From Vicugna vicugna (lineage: Eukaryota), in NCBI GenBank assembly GCA_013265495.1, contig MU062119.1, forward strand, positions 4,190,388 to 4,254,387: DNA of 64,000 nucleotides, written 5' to 3'. Below are positions 11,642-22,260 of this stretch, piece by piece. How positions within the stretch are numbered: the first letter of the stretch is position 1; the number at the start of each line of letters is the position of its first letter. Below the pieces are notes generated by a model. It had not been told where the DNA came from and made no database searches. It saw only the letters and a list, made by a program, of their open reading frames with translations. The position numbers and the translations under genes were made by a program.

Positions 11642-12016
11642 CTTTATGCTTCTGCAGGGCCTTCTGGGTGGACTGCAGGACGGACTCGTGGAACTGATGT
11701 GCAAACTCCTCTGCCACGAAGGGCTCCCAGGGCTTGTTCTTCCCGTTGATGCTATGGGACAGCGGCACAGGGACGTCCTTGGGCGCGGGGCCCCGGATGT
11801 AATGAAGCATGCTCAGGCTCCTCCTGCCCCCAGGGGTCTCACTCAGCCTGGCCTTCTCGCCGCTGGCAGGAGCCGTCTCCTGGACTCGCGGCAGCTCCTG
11901 GGGCCGGCGCTGTTCCAGTCTCCCAGGCTCCGTGGCCTTCGGGCCGGCAGGCGAGGAAGCAGCGACACCCACAGGCGTCTCCACATCCAGAGAGACTTGC
12001 TGCGTGGCCGGTTCTT
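11642..12016 (-). CDS. GSE1: GSE1 exon 13 (starts at 12016 or 12013, tandem acceptor)
   Basis: ctcTAG AAG AACCG; (E)EPATQQVSLDV...KPWEPFVAEEFAHQFHESVLQSTQKALQKHK; AAAG|GTAACG; 375 or 372 bp. Confidence 0.95.
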
Positions 12017-12692
12017 CTAGAGAAAGCAGGGAATGTGTTAAGAGCTGCAAGTGAACAGGCAGACCCTGAACTCTAGAGCTTACACTGAAGAGAGACCTAG
12101 TGCAAAAGACCAAGAACTGGGAGCCATTTGAGTAAATGTCAGTGCACAGTGTGGTGTGTTCAGCAGCAAGTCCATCCTTGAAAGGTGCTGCCCCAGGAAG
12201 GCATCTAGGAAGAAGAGTCTACAGGAAGAAGCAAGTTGCCTCAGGTCATCCAGAAGGCAGAAGGTGACATAGCCCAACCCAACAAGAAAGACTGCGTTAG
12301 GGGTCGAGGACAGGGCCGGAGCATCAACATCTCCTGCTCCATTAGCAGCACAGCGAGGTGGAGTCAAGAGTCAGAGCCAGAGCAGAGAGAGGAGTGACAG
12401 CAGGTGGCGGAGAGGCCTGGAAGACGGAATGAGCAAGACAGAGACGCCGGGAGGAGAGCGCCAACCAAGGGCCGACTGATGGACAACGTCCACAACCGTG
12501 CTGCCCACCGGGCGGGGCTCTGCCGAAGCTGGGACCCCCCTCCTTAACTCTCCGAGCCCTGACTCTGGCCGAGGAGATCCTTCACACGCGCAGAAAGCTT
12601 AAGAGAGAGATGGAGAGAAGCGCACGCTGTTTCCAGGAGGAAGACGACCTGGAGTGGACAGTCCCGGGCGGTGGCGGATGGGCTGGCCTTAC

Positions 12693-12806
12693 CGCTCAGG
12701 GAGACAGCCGGACTGTCCCTCGGAGAGTTCCTGAGCGGGTCTGCCACTGCTGCTGACAGTGCCTTCTGCTTCATGGCCTGGAGCAGCTCAACAAGTTTCT
12801 CTTTGT
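12693..12806 (-). CDS. GSE1: GSE1 exon 12
   Basis: tttctcaTAG|AC AAA; DKEKLVELLQAMKQKALSAAVADPLRNSPRDSPAVSLS; AGCG|GTAAGG; 114 bp. Confidence 0.96.
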
Positions 12807-14253
12807 CTATGAGAAAAGCAGCCTGAGATTAACAAGATGGTTGCATCATTTCTGAGAGGGAAGGGGGCAGGAGTCTAGCCCAGGCCATGACTGGCAGGCA
12901 GGCAGTAAGTCCTTTAAAAGGAGAAACAAAGCCAGGGGGACAGGCTGGGTTTAAAGGAAGAAGCTTCATTTCAGAGTGAGCCTAGATTCTTCTTGGCTTT
13001 TACTACGTAACATTTCAGACGTTTTCCAAGAACAGCCGTGCGTACAGTGTACGGTGAAATAACAGGTATCGACGATCTTCCGAGGTACCTTCTGAGGATG
13101 TGTTCTTATTTATAAGATGAAAAAGCTGTCCCCAACACAGGAAACAGCCCTGAAGAGCCACAGCCCACTGTCCGGAAGCACAGGCCGCTTCCAGGCACAT
13201 TCTCCTCCCCACCGCTCACGTCACGCGAGTGTGATTCCCACGACGGTTGCCACTGGGGGAAGGACCCAGACCCTGTGACATTCGATGCCACGAATTCCTG
13301 GTGCACTTCAGGTACCTCTTGCTGACAAACTTAAGTGGCCACATCACTGGTGGCTTCCAGCAATTAAGTCAGGAAAAAAGATGCTCTTTACAAATAGAAC
13401 TACACATTCTTGGGGATCTGTACTGAGAACAACGTGTCACTGCCCCTTTGAGGCAAAGCAAGAATTCCAGCTCGCTGGTTAAACACAAACACCAAACTGC
13501 CACACCCACCTAAAACAAAGGAAAGCAACTAAATGACCGATGAGCACATCTGCTTTCCTCTGACGTCCCTCCAGAAAGAGCTGACCCGGTGTCAGTGCGG
13601 TGGACTCGGAGGTGTGTGCCCCACACAGGCCAAGTTCTCCCCGAGCTACATCCTGGCGCCGAGTGAGTGAGAGCGGATGCCCCAGACGGCGTGCAGAACG
13701 CACCACTTCTTCTGCACCAAGGATTCCAGCCTAAGAACCGGCCCCAGCACGGCCCTTGGTAGCCAGACTGATCTGGAAGCATCTCTTAGGAGAAGCCATC
13801 CACTCACAGTGGGTGTCGGCTCTGCCTGGCTGCCACGGACCACCTACCGCCTCCTGGCGTCAGAGCACCCGGCCCAGCGGCCACATCAGCAGCCCGGAGC
13901 TGAGGAGCCTGGAGCACCTAGCAGAGGAAAGGCGCATCTCCACCCCATGCCCAGGGGAGCTGAAGGCACTGGAGAGCCGAAAAGGGCCAAGAGCAACCAT
14001 CAAGCTTACGGCGGCTTTACAGAGAACACTGGCGAGTCCTCAATTCCACCCGGGGTGGAGAAAGAGAAAATGGGCCTCGAATGGGGCGACTTGAGTTTTG
14101 GGCGGAGAGGAGCATGATGGTGAAGAGACAGTGGGGCAGGTCAGAGCAGAGGGGCTGCTTCCCCAGGGAGCCCAGGCCCCCCCCCCCGCTTCCCGAGGGG
14201 CACTCGGCCTTCAGGCGGCCCCGCCCCCACCACGAGGTCCAGGCAGGCCTTAC

Positions 14254-14524
14254 CCTTCCTCTTCTCTGCGCTGATGTGGGTCAGATTGAAGATGGTCAGG
14301 AACTTCTTCTTCTCTTCGAAGTTGGGGCTGCAGTTCATCTCGTCGGGGCTGTAGCGGGTGGTCAGCGCCAGCCTCGGCGAAGGCGTCTGCCGCTTGCTCT
14401 GAACCGTCGGGGGCGACGGGCTCCTTTCCCTCAGCATCCGCCGCCGCTTCCTCCGCTTCTGCGTCAGCAATTCCTCCTTCTGCTGTTGGGTGGTCAAGCC
14501 AAAAAGTTGCAAAAACTCTAGCTT
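14254..14524 (-). CDS. GSE1: GSE1 exon 11 (basic NLS-like KRRKRRR)
   Basis: caatcTAG|AAG CTA; [39 protein letters not shown]...[19 protein letters not shown]; AAGG|GTAAGG; 271 bp. Confidence 0.97.
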
Positions 14525-14748
14525 CTAGATTGGGAAAGAAAACAAATGAGTTTGAAACCACTGGCAGTGGTCTGCCCCCACTGACCCAGGGGCCCCTCCT
14601 GGGGTCCTTGAAGCCCATGTGCCATGGCCACTCTGTGCCGGGCCTCGAGGGAGGAGGACCCCGACAGCGGGAAAGCCAAGAGGCGGGCCCCGAGGTGGGT
14701 GCCAGCGTCCAGCCCACAGCCCGACAGCGGCCACGAAACCCCAGATAC

Positions 14749-14861
14749 CTCAGAGGATGTGTCCAGTTTGAGGGGCGGCTGCTCAGCCACACAGCGGAGG
14801 TGGGCCCTGACCTCTTCTTCGTCACTCTCATCATAGGAGTCGTCCAGGTCGTAGTAGTACC
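14749..14861 (-). CDS. GSE1: GSE1 exon 10
   Basis: gcCAG|GG TAC; [38 protein letters not shown]; GAG|GTATCT; 113 bp. Confidence 0.97.
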
Positions 14862-15986
14862 CTGGCGGCAAGGACACACGGCTTCAGCTGGGCAGGGAGC
14901 CTCAATCCTCCGGCGGATGTACAGACCCACCCATTGGCCCTACTGGCCCTCTGAACATCCCCAAACCTAGACTCCTCTCGTCCCAGGTGGAAACGCACGC
15001 TAACCCCTAGTCCGAGGGCTTTTCAAGGCTGGGAAGTGGGGGGCAGGAGGCAGGCACCAGGCTTCCCTTGGATCCACAGCCCCCAAATGGTCAGGTGGTC
15101 CCTGGGCTGACACTGATCCCTCGGCAGGGGACCGTTCATCACACAGGCCCGGGGCCGTGTCCAAGGCAGCCCAAAGCTGTCTGTGCACATCTGCTGTCTG
15201 CTGTGGCCGTCTGGGTCCGGAACTCAGGAGGGCACAGGCACCCTCAGCTCCCCGCTCTCTCAAAGGCACGGAGCATGCACGTAAACTCACATGCCAAACA
15301 GAACCTCTGCACCCGAGGGCACCAGCACGCTCCCCGCTCCTCCTCACGAGGTGAACAGAGGAGAGCCTCTCGGGCCCTAAATCTAGCCCAGAACCACCAC
15401 CCAGGACTCACTCGGCCCCGGCCCCGGCCCCAGCTCCTGGCCAAGACTCTGAGTCCAGCGCCGTGCAGAGCCTGAGTTTCCCACGGAAGAAACTAGTCTG
15501 GAACCTCCCTGACCCCTCCCGGGCAGACGGGGGTGCAGGTGGGTGCCTGCTCCCCTGTTCTCTGGCTCTCTGGGGGAACCTGAGGAACTGGTGTTTAAGT
15601 GCCATCCCAGCCCCAGCAGGAGCTGGAAGGAGAGGTGGCCAGACCGCCCGACCCCGACCCAGCCCTGGGGCCACCTGCCTGCAGTTGTGACCCTGGCCCC
15701 AGTGAGGAGCCCCCGCCGGACCCGGGCCCGCTCTCTCAACAGCCTCCTGCTTGCTGTGCCGCACTGTTAATACTTAGGGCTGTCTCACTAGCCCCGGTTC
15801 ATCGTCTGTAACTGTGCGTGCTGATTCAGCTTTGCACTATGGCAAGACAGGCGAAGAAGACAGGGAACCTGCTCCCTGGAGTTGCTAAACCTCAGAGCGG
15901 AAGCCAGGAGTGGGAGAAGAGAGGCCGAGAGGCGAGAACCACCGCCCCCTGGTCCTGGGGGCGAGGGCCACCTGGGGAGAGCGGAC

Positions 15987-16600
15987 CTTTCTCCTGGGCC
16001 TCCCGCCGCCTGCGCTCCTCCAGGTCCAGCTTGCTGACCAGCCTCCGGCGCTGCTGCAGGAGCTCATCGTAGATGTAGGCGGGGTCGGGGCCCCGAGAAG
16101 CTGGGGGCCGGGAGGGCGAGCCTGGCTTTAGGGGCCCGGTAAGCTCCCCAAAGGGGGCAGGATGGGCGAGGGAGGCCCGCTGCTGGCCCAGGAGGGTCTG
16201 CGTGGACTTCTCGAGTTCAGCCAGGAAGGGCGCGGACCCGTGAGGGAAGGCCGGCTGCTCCAGGCTCCCTGCCTCCCGAGGCGGCGGCTGGTACTTGTCC
16301 AGGGGGGTGGCCTCGCGCTTCCGGGGCCCCTCCTCTGCCTTTTCCGGGCAGTAGATCCTTTCCACCTTTACCAGTGGGACGGCCGCCTGGCGGCTGGGCT
16401 CAAATGGGGTGGGGTGGCTGTGCAGGGGATGGCCCTCTGGGGCGCGCCTCGTGTCCAGCGTGCTGTCCATCAGGGACACCGGGTTCCAGAGGGCTGTGGG
16501 CACGGAGTGGTGCTGGGGCTTGGGCGAAATGAGGGGTGGGGGCCCGCCAAAGTGCTGTGGAGGGTCTCGGCTTCCCGGCTCATGGCGGTTTGGTCCCGGC
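15987..16600 (-). CDS. GSE1: GSE1 exon 9
   Basis: ctctcccTAG|G CCG; RPGPNRHEPGSRDPPQHFGGPPPLISPKP...PLVKVERIYCPEK...LDLEERRRREAQEK; AAAG|GTCCGC; 614 bp. Contains a SUMO-consensus-like VKVE. Confidence 0.95.
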
Positions 16601-18983
16601 CTAGGGAGAGAACAGAACCAGCCATCAGTCCTGAGAGGGTGGTCGCATCAGCCACCCACTGCCCCCCGGCTACCTGCCAGCACCTGGCAGCGAGGGACAA
16701 CTTCTATGGCAGCCCAGATGGGAACTCACTTAGCCCGCCAGAGCTGGAGGGGAGTAAAGGCCTCCTGTAGGCCCCCATCCAGGGCCCCTACCCCACAGTG
16801 AAGGGACCACACCTCCTCAAAGACAGCCTGAGGCAGGTACACGCAAGCTCGCTCACGAGAGGATAGAGACTCCAGGTGGGCTCTGCTTGCTGAAGGCGCA
16901 GCCCCGCTCTGTCCTGTTTCTCACTCATGACCTGGCAGTGGCTCATCCTGTCCCACCACTCCCTAACTTCCCATCAACTCTGTGAGGACAGAGCCTCATC
17001 TTTACTTTCCACAGGCAGACCCACCACAGGGACACAAGACGGCTCTGGCGCCAAAGGTGTGGCCACAACTTCCTCTCCCCACTGCACGTGGACAGAAGCC
17101 AGAGAGCAGCTGTTGGGGAGACCCCGACAGCCAGGGCAGGCCTGGCTGCTGCTGCCCCCCAGTGGTCCCCGGCAGAACTGCAGCAACTCCACAAGCCCCT
17201 AAAGCAGCAGCTACACCCAAAGGGTCTCCAAGGACCGGGCGGGGTGCCTGACCGGGGAGCCAGGCAGGGAGGGAACTGGAAGGGACCCTCCATCAGACAA
17301 TCAGCTTTGCCGGAAGCCAAACTAAATGACTCTTTCCTTGGTGCCTTTAAAACAAAATTCAACTTACAAAAGACAATCTGGGTGTTGTTTTTCCAAAGTT
17401 AGTATCTATTTCTTTAAAGAGAAGCCCCATGCCACCAAGGTGACCCAGGGCAAGGCCTGAGGGGACGGAAGGTGCCGAGAGCACGGCGGGCGCGTGCCCA
17501 GGCTCTCAGGGCCCTTCCTGCCAGGCCGAGGAGGGGACAGTAACCACAGCCACCAAGGCTCCTCGAGTTACTCTCCAGCTCAAGCTGGGAGACAGCCCCA
17601 AAGCTGCTGCTCCTCTAATGGGCAGACAGACCCTTATCAAGAGCCTGTGTGTCCTTAAGTAAAGAGCAAAGGAATGAAACCCATCAGCAGAATAAATATT
17701 TCATGCTCTGAAGCCAAGCACAGAATGGTTTTCTAGCTTGGAGGATGACGGCTTGAAAGAGCATCAGGTTCATGCTGTTGGAGGGCCGAGCATGCCGCCA
17801 GCAGCCATGGGGACCACCAGGGCCAGGGCCCTATTCCCCAACCCAGGGCTCCACTAGGATCTGGGCAGAGGCCACCCCTGCTGGGGGCAGCAGCACATAG
17901 GCCCTGACAGCTGCGCTGGGACTTTGGGGGCCCCACGGAGAGGAAGACACCCTCTGGAGTCAAAGCTGGACTCCAGATTTATCCAGAGATGCTAGACGTG
18001 TGATGCCAGGAGATGTTGACTGCGCTCTTAGTCTCGAGTGTGCAGGGATTGGAGGAGCAGAGGGCAGCTCACAAGCAGACAAGCCAGCCCCTGTGTGGCC
18101 TTGGAGTGGGCCCAGAGCAGCAGGGGGACCGTCTGCAGCAGAGGGGACTCACTGCAGCCATACTGAGCAGGGCAAGCCAGAGGCTGCCGGAGACCCAGCC
18201 AGAGCCCAGCCACAGTTCACTCCCAGTCACACCCAATTAGCCATGGAATCTCTTTGGGGCCTACGTGGGTGCAGTCGTGTGGCTGCTGGGTGAGCCAGTG
18301 GCACCTAGGACACAGAGAGAAGACCCCCCGTCAGCAAAAAGCTGGAGGAATGAGAGACAGGGAGCAGAAGAAGTGGACATTAAAACACCTCAGACCCAGA
18401 CACCCTAGTGTTTCTTGTCCCCAGACAGCACTTTGGACATTGAGGGCTGGAAAGATGCTCAGAGGGCCTCCCGCCCCACCTCCTTTGTGCACAACTGAGG
18501 AAAACGAGGCCCAGAGAAGGGGAGCAGGGTCCAGCGTTCCTGAGGGCTGGCTGGGCTCTCTCCGCCCACTCTGCCTGAGGGTTAGGGTTAGCCCTTTAGA
18601 ATGAGCTCTGCAGGGATGGAGGGTGGGCTGGGGGGCCCGGGGCCACAGCCGTGAGCTCACAGGGTGAGCGCTGGCAGCTGGGGGTCCAGCACAAAGGCCT
18701 CTAGGAAACGCTTTCATAACAGGTCCGGGAGATGGGAATTTTTTTCAAATTATGAAAACAGAATTTTTTGCTTACAGAAAAATTAAAGGCAGCCCCTTCT
18801 CATTAAAAAAAAAAAAAAGTTTGGGCAGAGAGAGATGGAAAGAACAAACGGAATTAGTAATTGAAGATCCTCCCTTGCCCTCTGCAGGCACCATGGGTGT
18901 CCCAGTGGGGGCGCAGCTGAGCTGCACGGGAAGGATCCCGGTTCTGGGCACAGGCTTGGCGGCAAGGCAACCTGAGGATGGGC

Positions 18984-19015
18984 GCCTTCGGGCAACTGCC
19001 TTCGGGCAACTGCCT
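18984..19015. repeat. Perfect 14-bp tandem duplication (GCCTTCGGGCAACT x2.3)
   Basis: Read directly. Confidence 0.9.
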
Positions 19016-19172
19016 CCCGTCCTCGCACTGCTCCCTCACGAGCAGGATGGGGGTCAGAGGACAAAAGGAAATAAGTGACAACATTCAGCAGAAAGCAAAC
19101 CGTAGGCGCTCAATAAATGCTAACCTCAGGGAGTTCCCACACCCTTGGCCCACCCCGCTCGCCAGGCCCCAC

Positions 19173-19497
19173 CTGGTGCTCTCCGGCCTGTGCTCCGTCT
19201 CCGTGGGCGCTGGCGGCCGGCCCATGTCCAGGTGCTGCTCCAGCACCTGCTGCCGAAACTCGGACACCTGCGACTGCCGGTCCTCCTTCTCCTGCCGCAG
19301 CCGCCGCTGCCGCGCCAGCCACTTCTCCTCCTCGTTGGTGCGCTGGATCAGCAGGGCCGTGGCCGCGCTGCTGCCGGGCAGCGAGAAGAGGCCGTGGTTG
19401 GAGAGGAGGCCGGGCAAGCCGTGGTGGGGGGCGGGCGCCGGGTGCAGTGGGTGCTGCACGGGCTTGGGCGCCGGCAGGCCCGCGTCCTTCAGCTTCT
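19173..19497 (-). CDS. GSE1: GSE1 exon 8
   Basis: ccccaCAG|AG AAG; [20 protein letters not shown]...[45 protein letters not shown]...ESTR; CCAG|GTGGGG; 325 bp. Confidence 0.96.
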
Positions 19498-19969
19498 CTG
19501 TGGGGAAGAAGGGCCGTCACAGCAGGATCCTGGCCCCAGGCTCCTTCCCTCTCAGCCCCCCAACCCCGGGGGCCCTTCAAAGGGTTCTCTCCACAGCCAG
19601 AGGGGCATGGATGCACTCAGGAACTGGCCTTGGCCCTTGTTCAGTTGGAGGCTGCCACCAAGCAACGGACTATGGGGCACCAAGGCTGACTGTTAAACAT
19701 GTTGTTGAAAGTTAGATTGTATAGTCATAATTTTAAAAAAAGTTACGAATACTCAAAACTATCCCTTCCTAAGACTTCTGCTACACCTTCCTGTGGTGCA
19801 CGTCCTTACAGTTATCTGCACTGCTGTGTCTGTATCACGTGCCTCTCTCCCCAGCCCCCGGCAGGCCGTGAGCCCGCACCACGCCAACGGGCGGAGCCTA
19901 CGCAGCTGAGCCCCGTCCTCGGGGAGCCGCCATGGCACGCGGCCCCCGGCGCAGCCCTCCCCCTGGTAC

Positions 19970-20280
19970 CTGCTCGGGTTGGGGCCAGCTGCTCTGGGGG
20001 CTTGGCCCGCTCCTCGGCGGCGTGGCTCCGCAGCCCGTGCAGCTCGGCCACGGGCAGGAAGGCTGGCTCCAGCGCCTTGGCGGCCAGCAGCTCCTTCTCG
20101 CGGGCCCGCTGCTCCCGTTGGCGCTCCAGCTCCCGCTCCCTCTCCCGCTCGCGCTCCAGCTCCTTCTCCCGCTCGCGCTCCTTCTCCCGCTCCCGCTCAC
20201 GCTCCTTCTCCCGCTCTCGGTCAGCCTCCCGCTCCCGCTCGCGCTCCCTCTCCCGCCTCAGCTCCTCATCCATCTGCAGC
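19970..20280 (-). CDS. GSE1: GSE1 exon 7 (Arg-Glu dipeptide repeat, coiled coil)
   Basis: cctgCAG|G CTG CAG ATG; [19 protein letters not shown]...[22 protein letters not shown]...PTRA; GCAG|GTACCA; 311 bp. Confidence 0.96.
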
Positions 20281-20739
20281 CTGCAGGGTGAGCATAGGGG
20301 GACGGTGACCTCCAGCGCACAGGGTGTGCAGGGACCGGGACAGTCCCTTAGGGAGCGCGCCCAGAAGTGAGAGACTGACTCCCGAGCCCAAGGTTTTCGT
20401 GAAAACCCAGCATTCCCATCCGAATACTGATGGGAGGTAAGCCAGGTTCTGCTTCTGTTACTACGTAAAGAAACCCAAAGTCCATTTAATCAAAAGGTGT
20501 GTACAAACGCCCTAGAGCACGAAGAGCTCACAGCCAGGGGCTGGTGACTCCGAGACTCTGAGGACAGAGCCCCACCAGGCACCAGCCAGGAGCTCCAAGC
20601 ACCCACTGTCACCGTCCCTTTTGTAGATGGGCAGACTGAGGCCAGGGCGGCTGGGCTGGCCAGCCTGGCCTGGGCTTCTTCCTGCTCTGACAGCCAGGGC
20701 TGGAGGAGCAGAGATCACCCAGCGGGGGACGCGGCTTAC

Positions 20740-20931
20740 CGCTCCGTGCCGAGGCTGGACATCCGCTCCGAGTGCAGTGCCGCCAGGGATGAGTGGGAGA
20801 GCTCGGGTGGGTAGCGGATCCCGGAGAGGTGGAGGTGCACAGCCGAGGGGTGCAGAGGAGGCAGGGAGCCAGGTGTGGGGATGGGGTAGAAGGGCGAGCG
20901 CAGCGCTGACAGGCAGTAGGAGTCGTCCATC
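20740..20931 (-). CDS. GSE1: GSE1 exon 6
   Basis: ggcaCAG|G ATG; RMDDSYCLSALRSPFYPIPTPGSLPPLHPS...ERMSSLGTER; GCG|GTAAGC; 192 bp. Confidence 0.97.
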
Positions 20932-21460
20932 CTGTGCCGAGAAGATGGGGCCCAGTGAGCACCGACGTTAAAGGGAAAAGGCAGGGCCCGCCATTCTACC
21001 AGGTGCCCCGGCCAGGGCACCTCCACAAAGGCCCTGCAGACGGAGGCCGCATCCACAGCCAGCCCCAGAGCCCCTTCCTCACAGCAGCCGACAGGTATCA
21101 GCAGCTCGGGGCACCAGGCCCAGCGGAGGCCTCCGTGGAGGACACTCCACAGCGTAGCTGCAGACCTGTCGGGGGACTCGGGAAGCTTCCACCCAGCAGG
21201 GGCACCGCTCCATCCCCACTGGGGTTTCCTGGTCACACACAAACTACACGCTCTGTTCTGTGACAGTCACATGCCACCAATGGAGCCAGTGGAAACAAAA
21301 GTGAGAAAGTCCAGCAGCTCAAATGCGAATTTTCTACCGGGGCAAACTTTTAACAGCTAATCTGGAAGGTTGGGAGGAGCAGCCCCCAGTCCTCCCCAGG
21401 AAGCTGGCCCCGATCAGTGTCTGGGTGAGGGTGGGTGGGGGACGCCTGGGGGCCCCTCAC

Positions 21461-21658
21461 CTGAAGGCCGGGTGGGGGAAGGGGTGCGGGGCCAGGTAGC
21501 CAGGGTGGTAGTAGGCAGCAGCAGCGGCCGGGTCCAGGCCGAGGGGAGGCAGGGAGGACACGCGGAGGTCCTCGGCGGTGTGGTAGGGCCGGAAGCTCCT
21601 CAGGTAGTCCTCGGGCACTGTGCTGGGGGGCACCACGTGGTGCACAGGCCGCTGGAGG
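21461..21658 (-). CDS. GSE1: GSE1 exon 5
   Basis: cttgCAG|C CTC; (N)[27 protein letters not shown]...HPFPHPAFR; CAG|GTGAGG; 198 bp. Confidence 0.97.
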
Positions 21659-22087
21659 CTGCAAGCAGGATGGAAGGAGCAACCAAAGGAGGTGAGCGGA
21701 GCTCCTGCTCCAGGCTGGAAAACAGGCCAACCTCCCCGCACCCCTCACAAAGACAGGTCTCTGGGAACAGGTCCAGGCAGGAGGCCCTGGGCACAGAGGT
21801 GGGCAGCTGCTGTCCTCACCAGTGGGCGCAGGCCTCCTACCTGGAGCCTGGAGGGACTCCCGGCCCAGGAGCCCAGGCTGGGCGTTTAGGGTTGTTGGGT
21901 GGGCGGCAGAGCCAGCCATCAGCTCAGCGGGGAAATGGCCGGTGGGTGCAGACGGGGCTTCCGACCCAGGGCTGAGCCACCATCTGGCGGCTCTCAGGCT
22001 CATCTGGTGTGGACTCACACTGCCGGCTTCAGGAGCCCAGACCCCAGCCCGCACATCCCAACTGCCGGGCCTCCAACCTGTACTTAC

Positions 22088-22260
22088 TTCAGCGGTGGGA
22101 AGCGGGAGTCCTGTACCACCGAGCTGGGGGAGATGCCAAAGGGGTAGGGGGTGCTGAGCAGGTGGGAGGGGATGGCTGGGCCCCCCGCCTTCTCCTGGGG
22201 CAGCGGGGGCTCCACGATGAGGCGCTCACGGCCGCCGCTGCTGCCCCGGGAACTGGCGTC
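22088..22260 (-). CDS. GSE1: GSE1 exon 4
   Basis: ctccagCAG|GAC; [57 protein letters not shown](N); GAA|GTAAGT; 173 bp. Confidence 0.96.

Noticed and set aside
18802-18818. ATT followed by A14, possible retrocopy tail
   Set aside because: No upstream homology or target-site duplication visible.
18978-20370. Long + strand ORFs (245, 223, 190 aa) opposite exons 7-8
   Set aside because: Antisense shadows of GC-rich repetitive coding sequence; low complexity, no recognisable protein.
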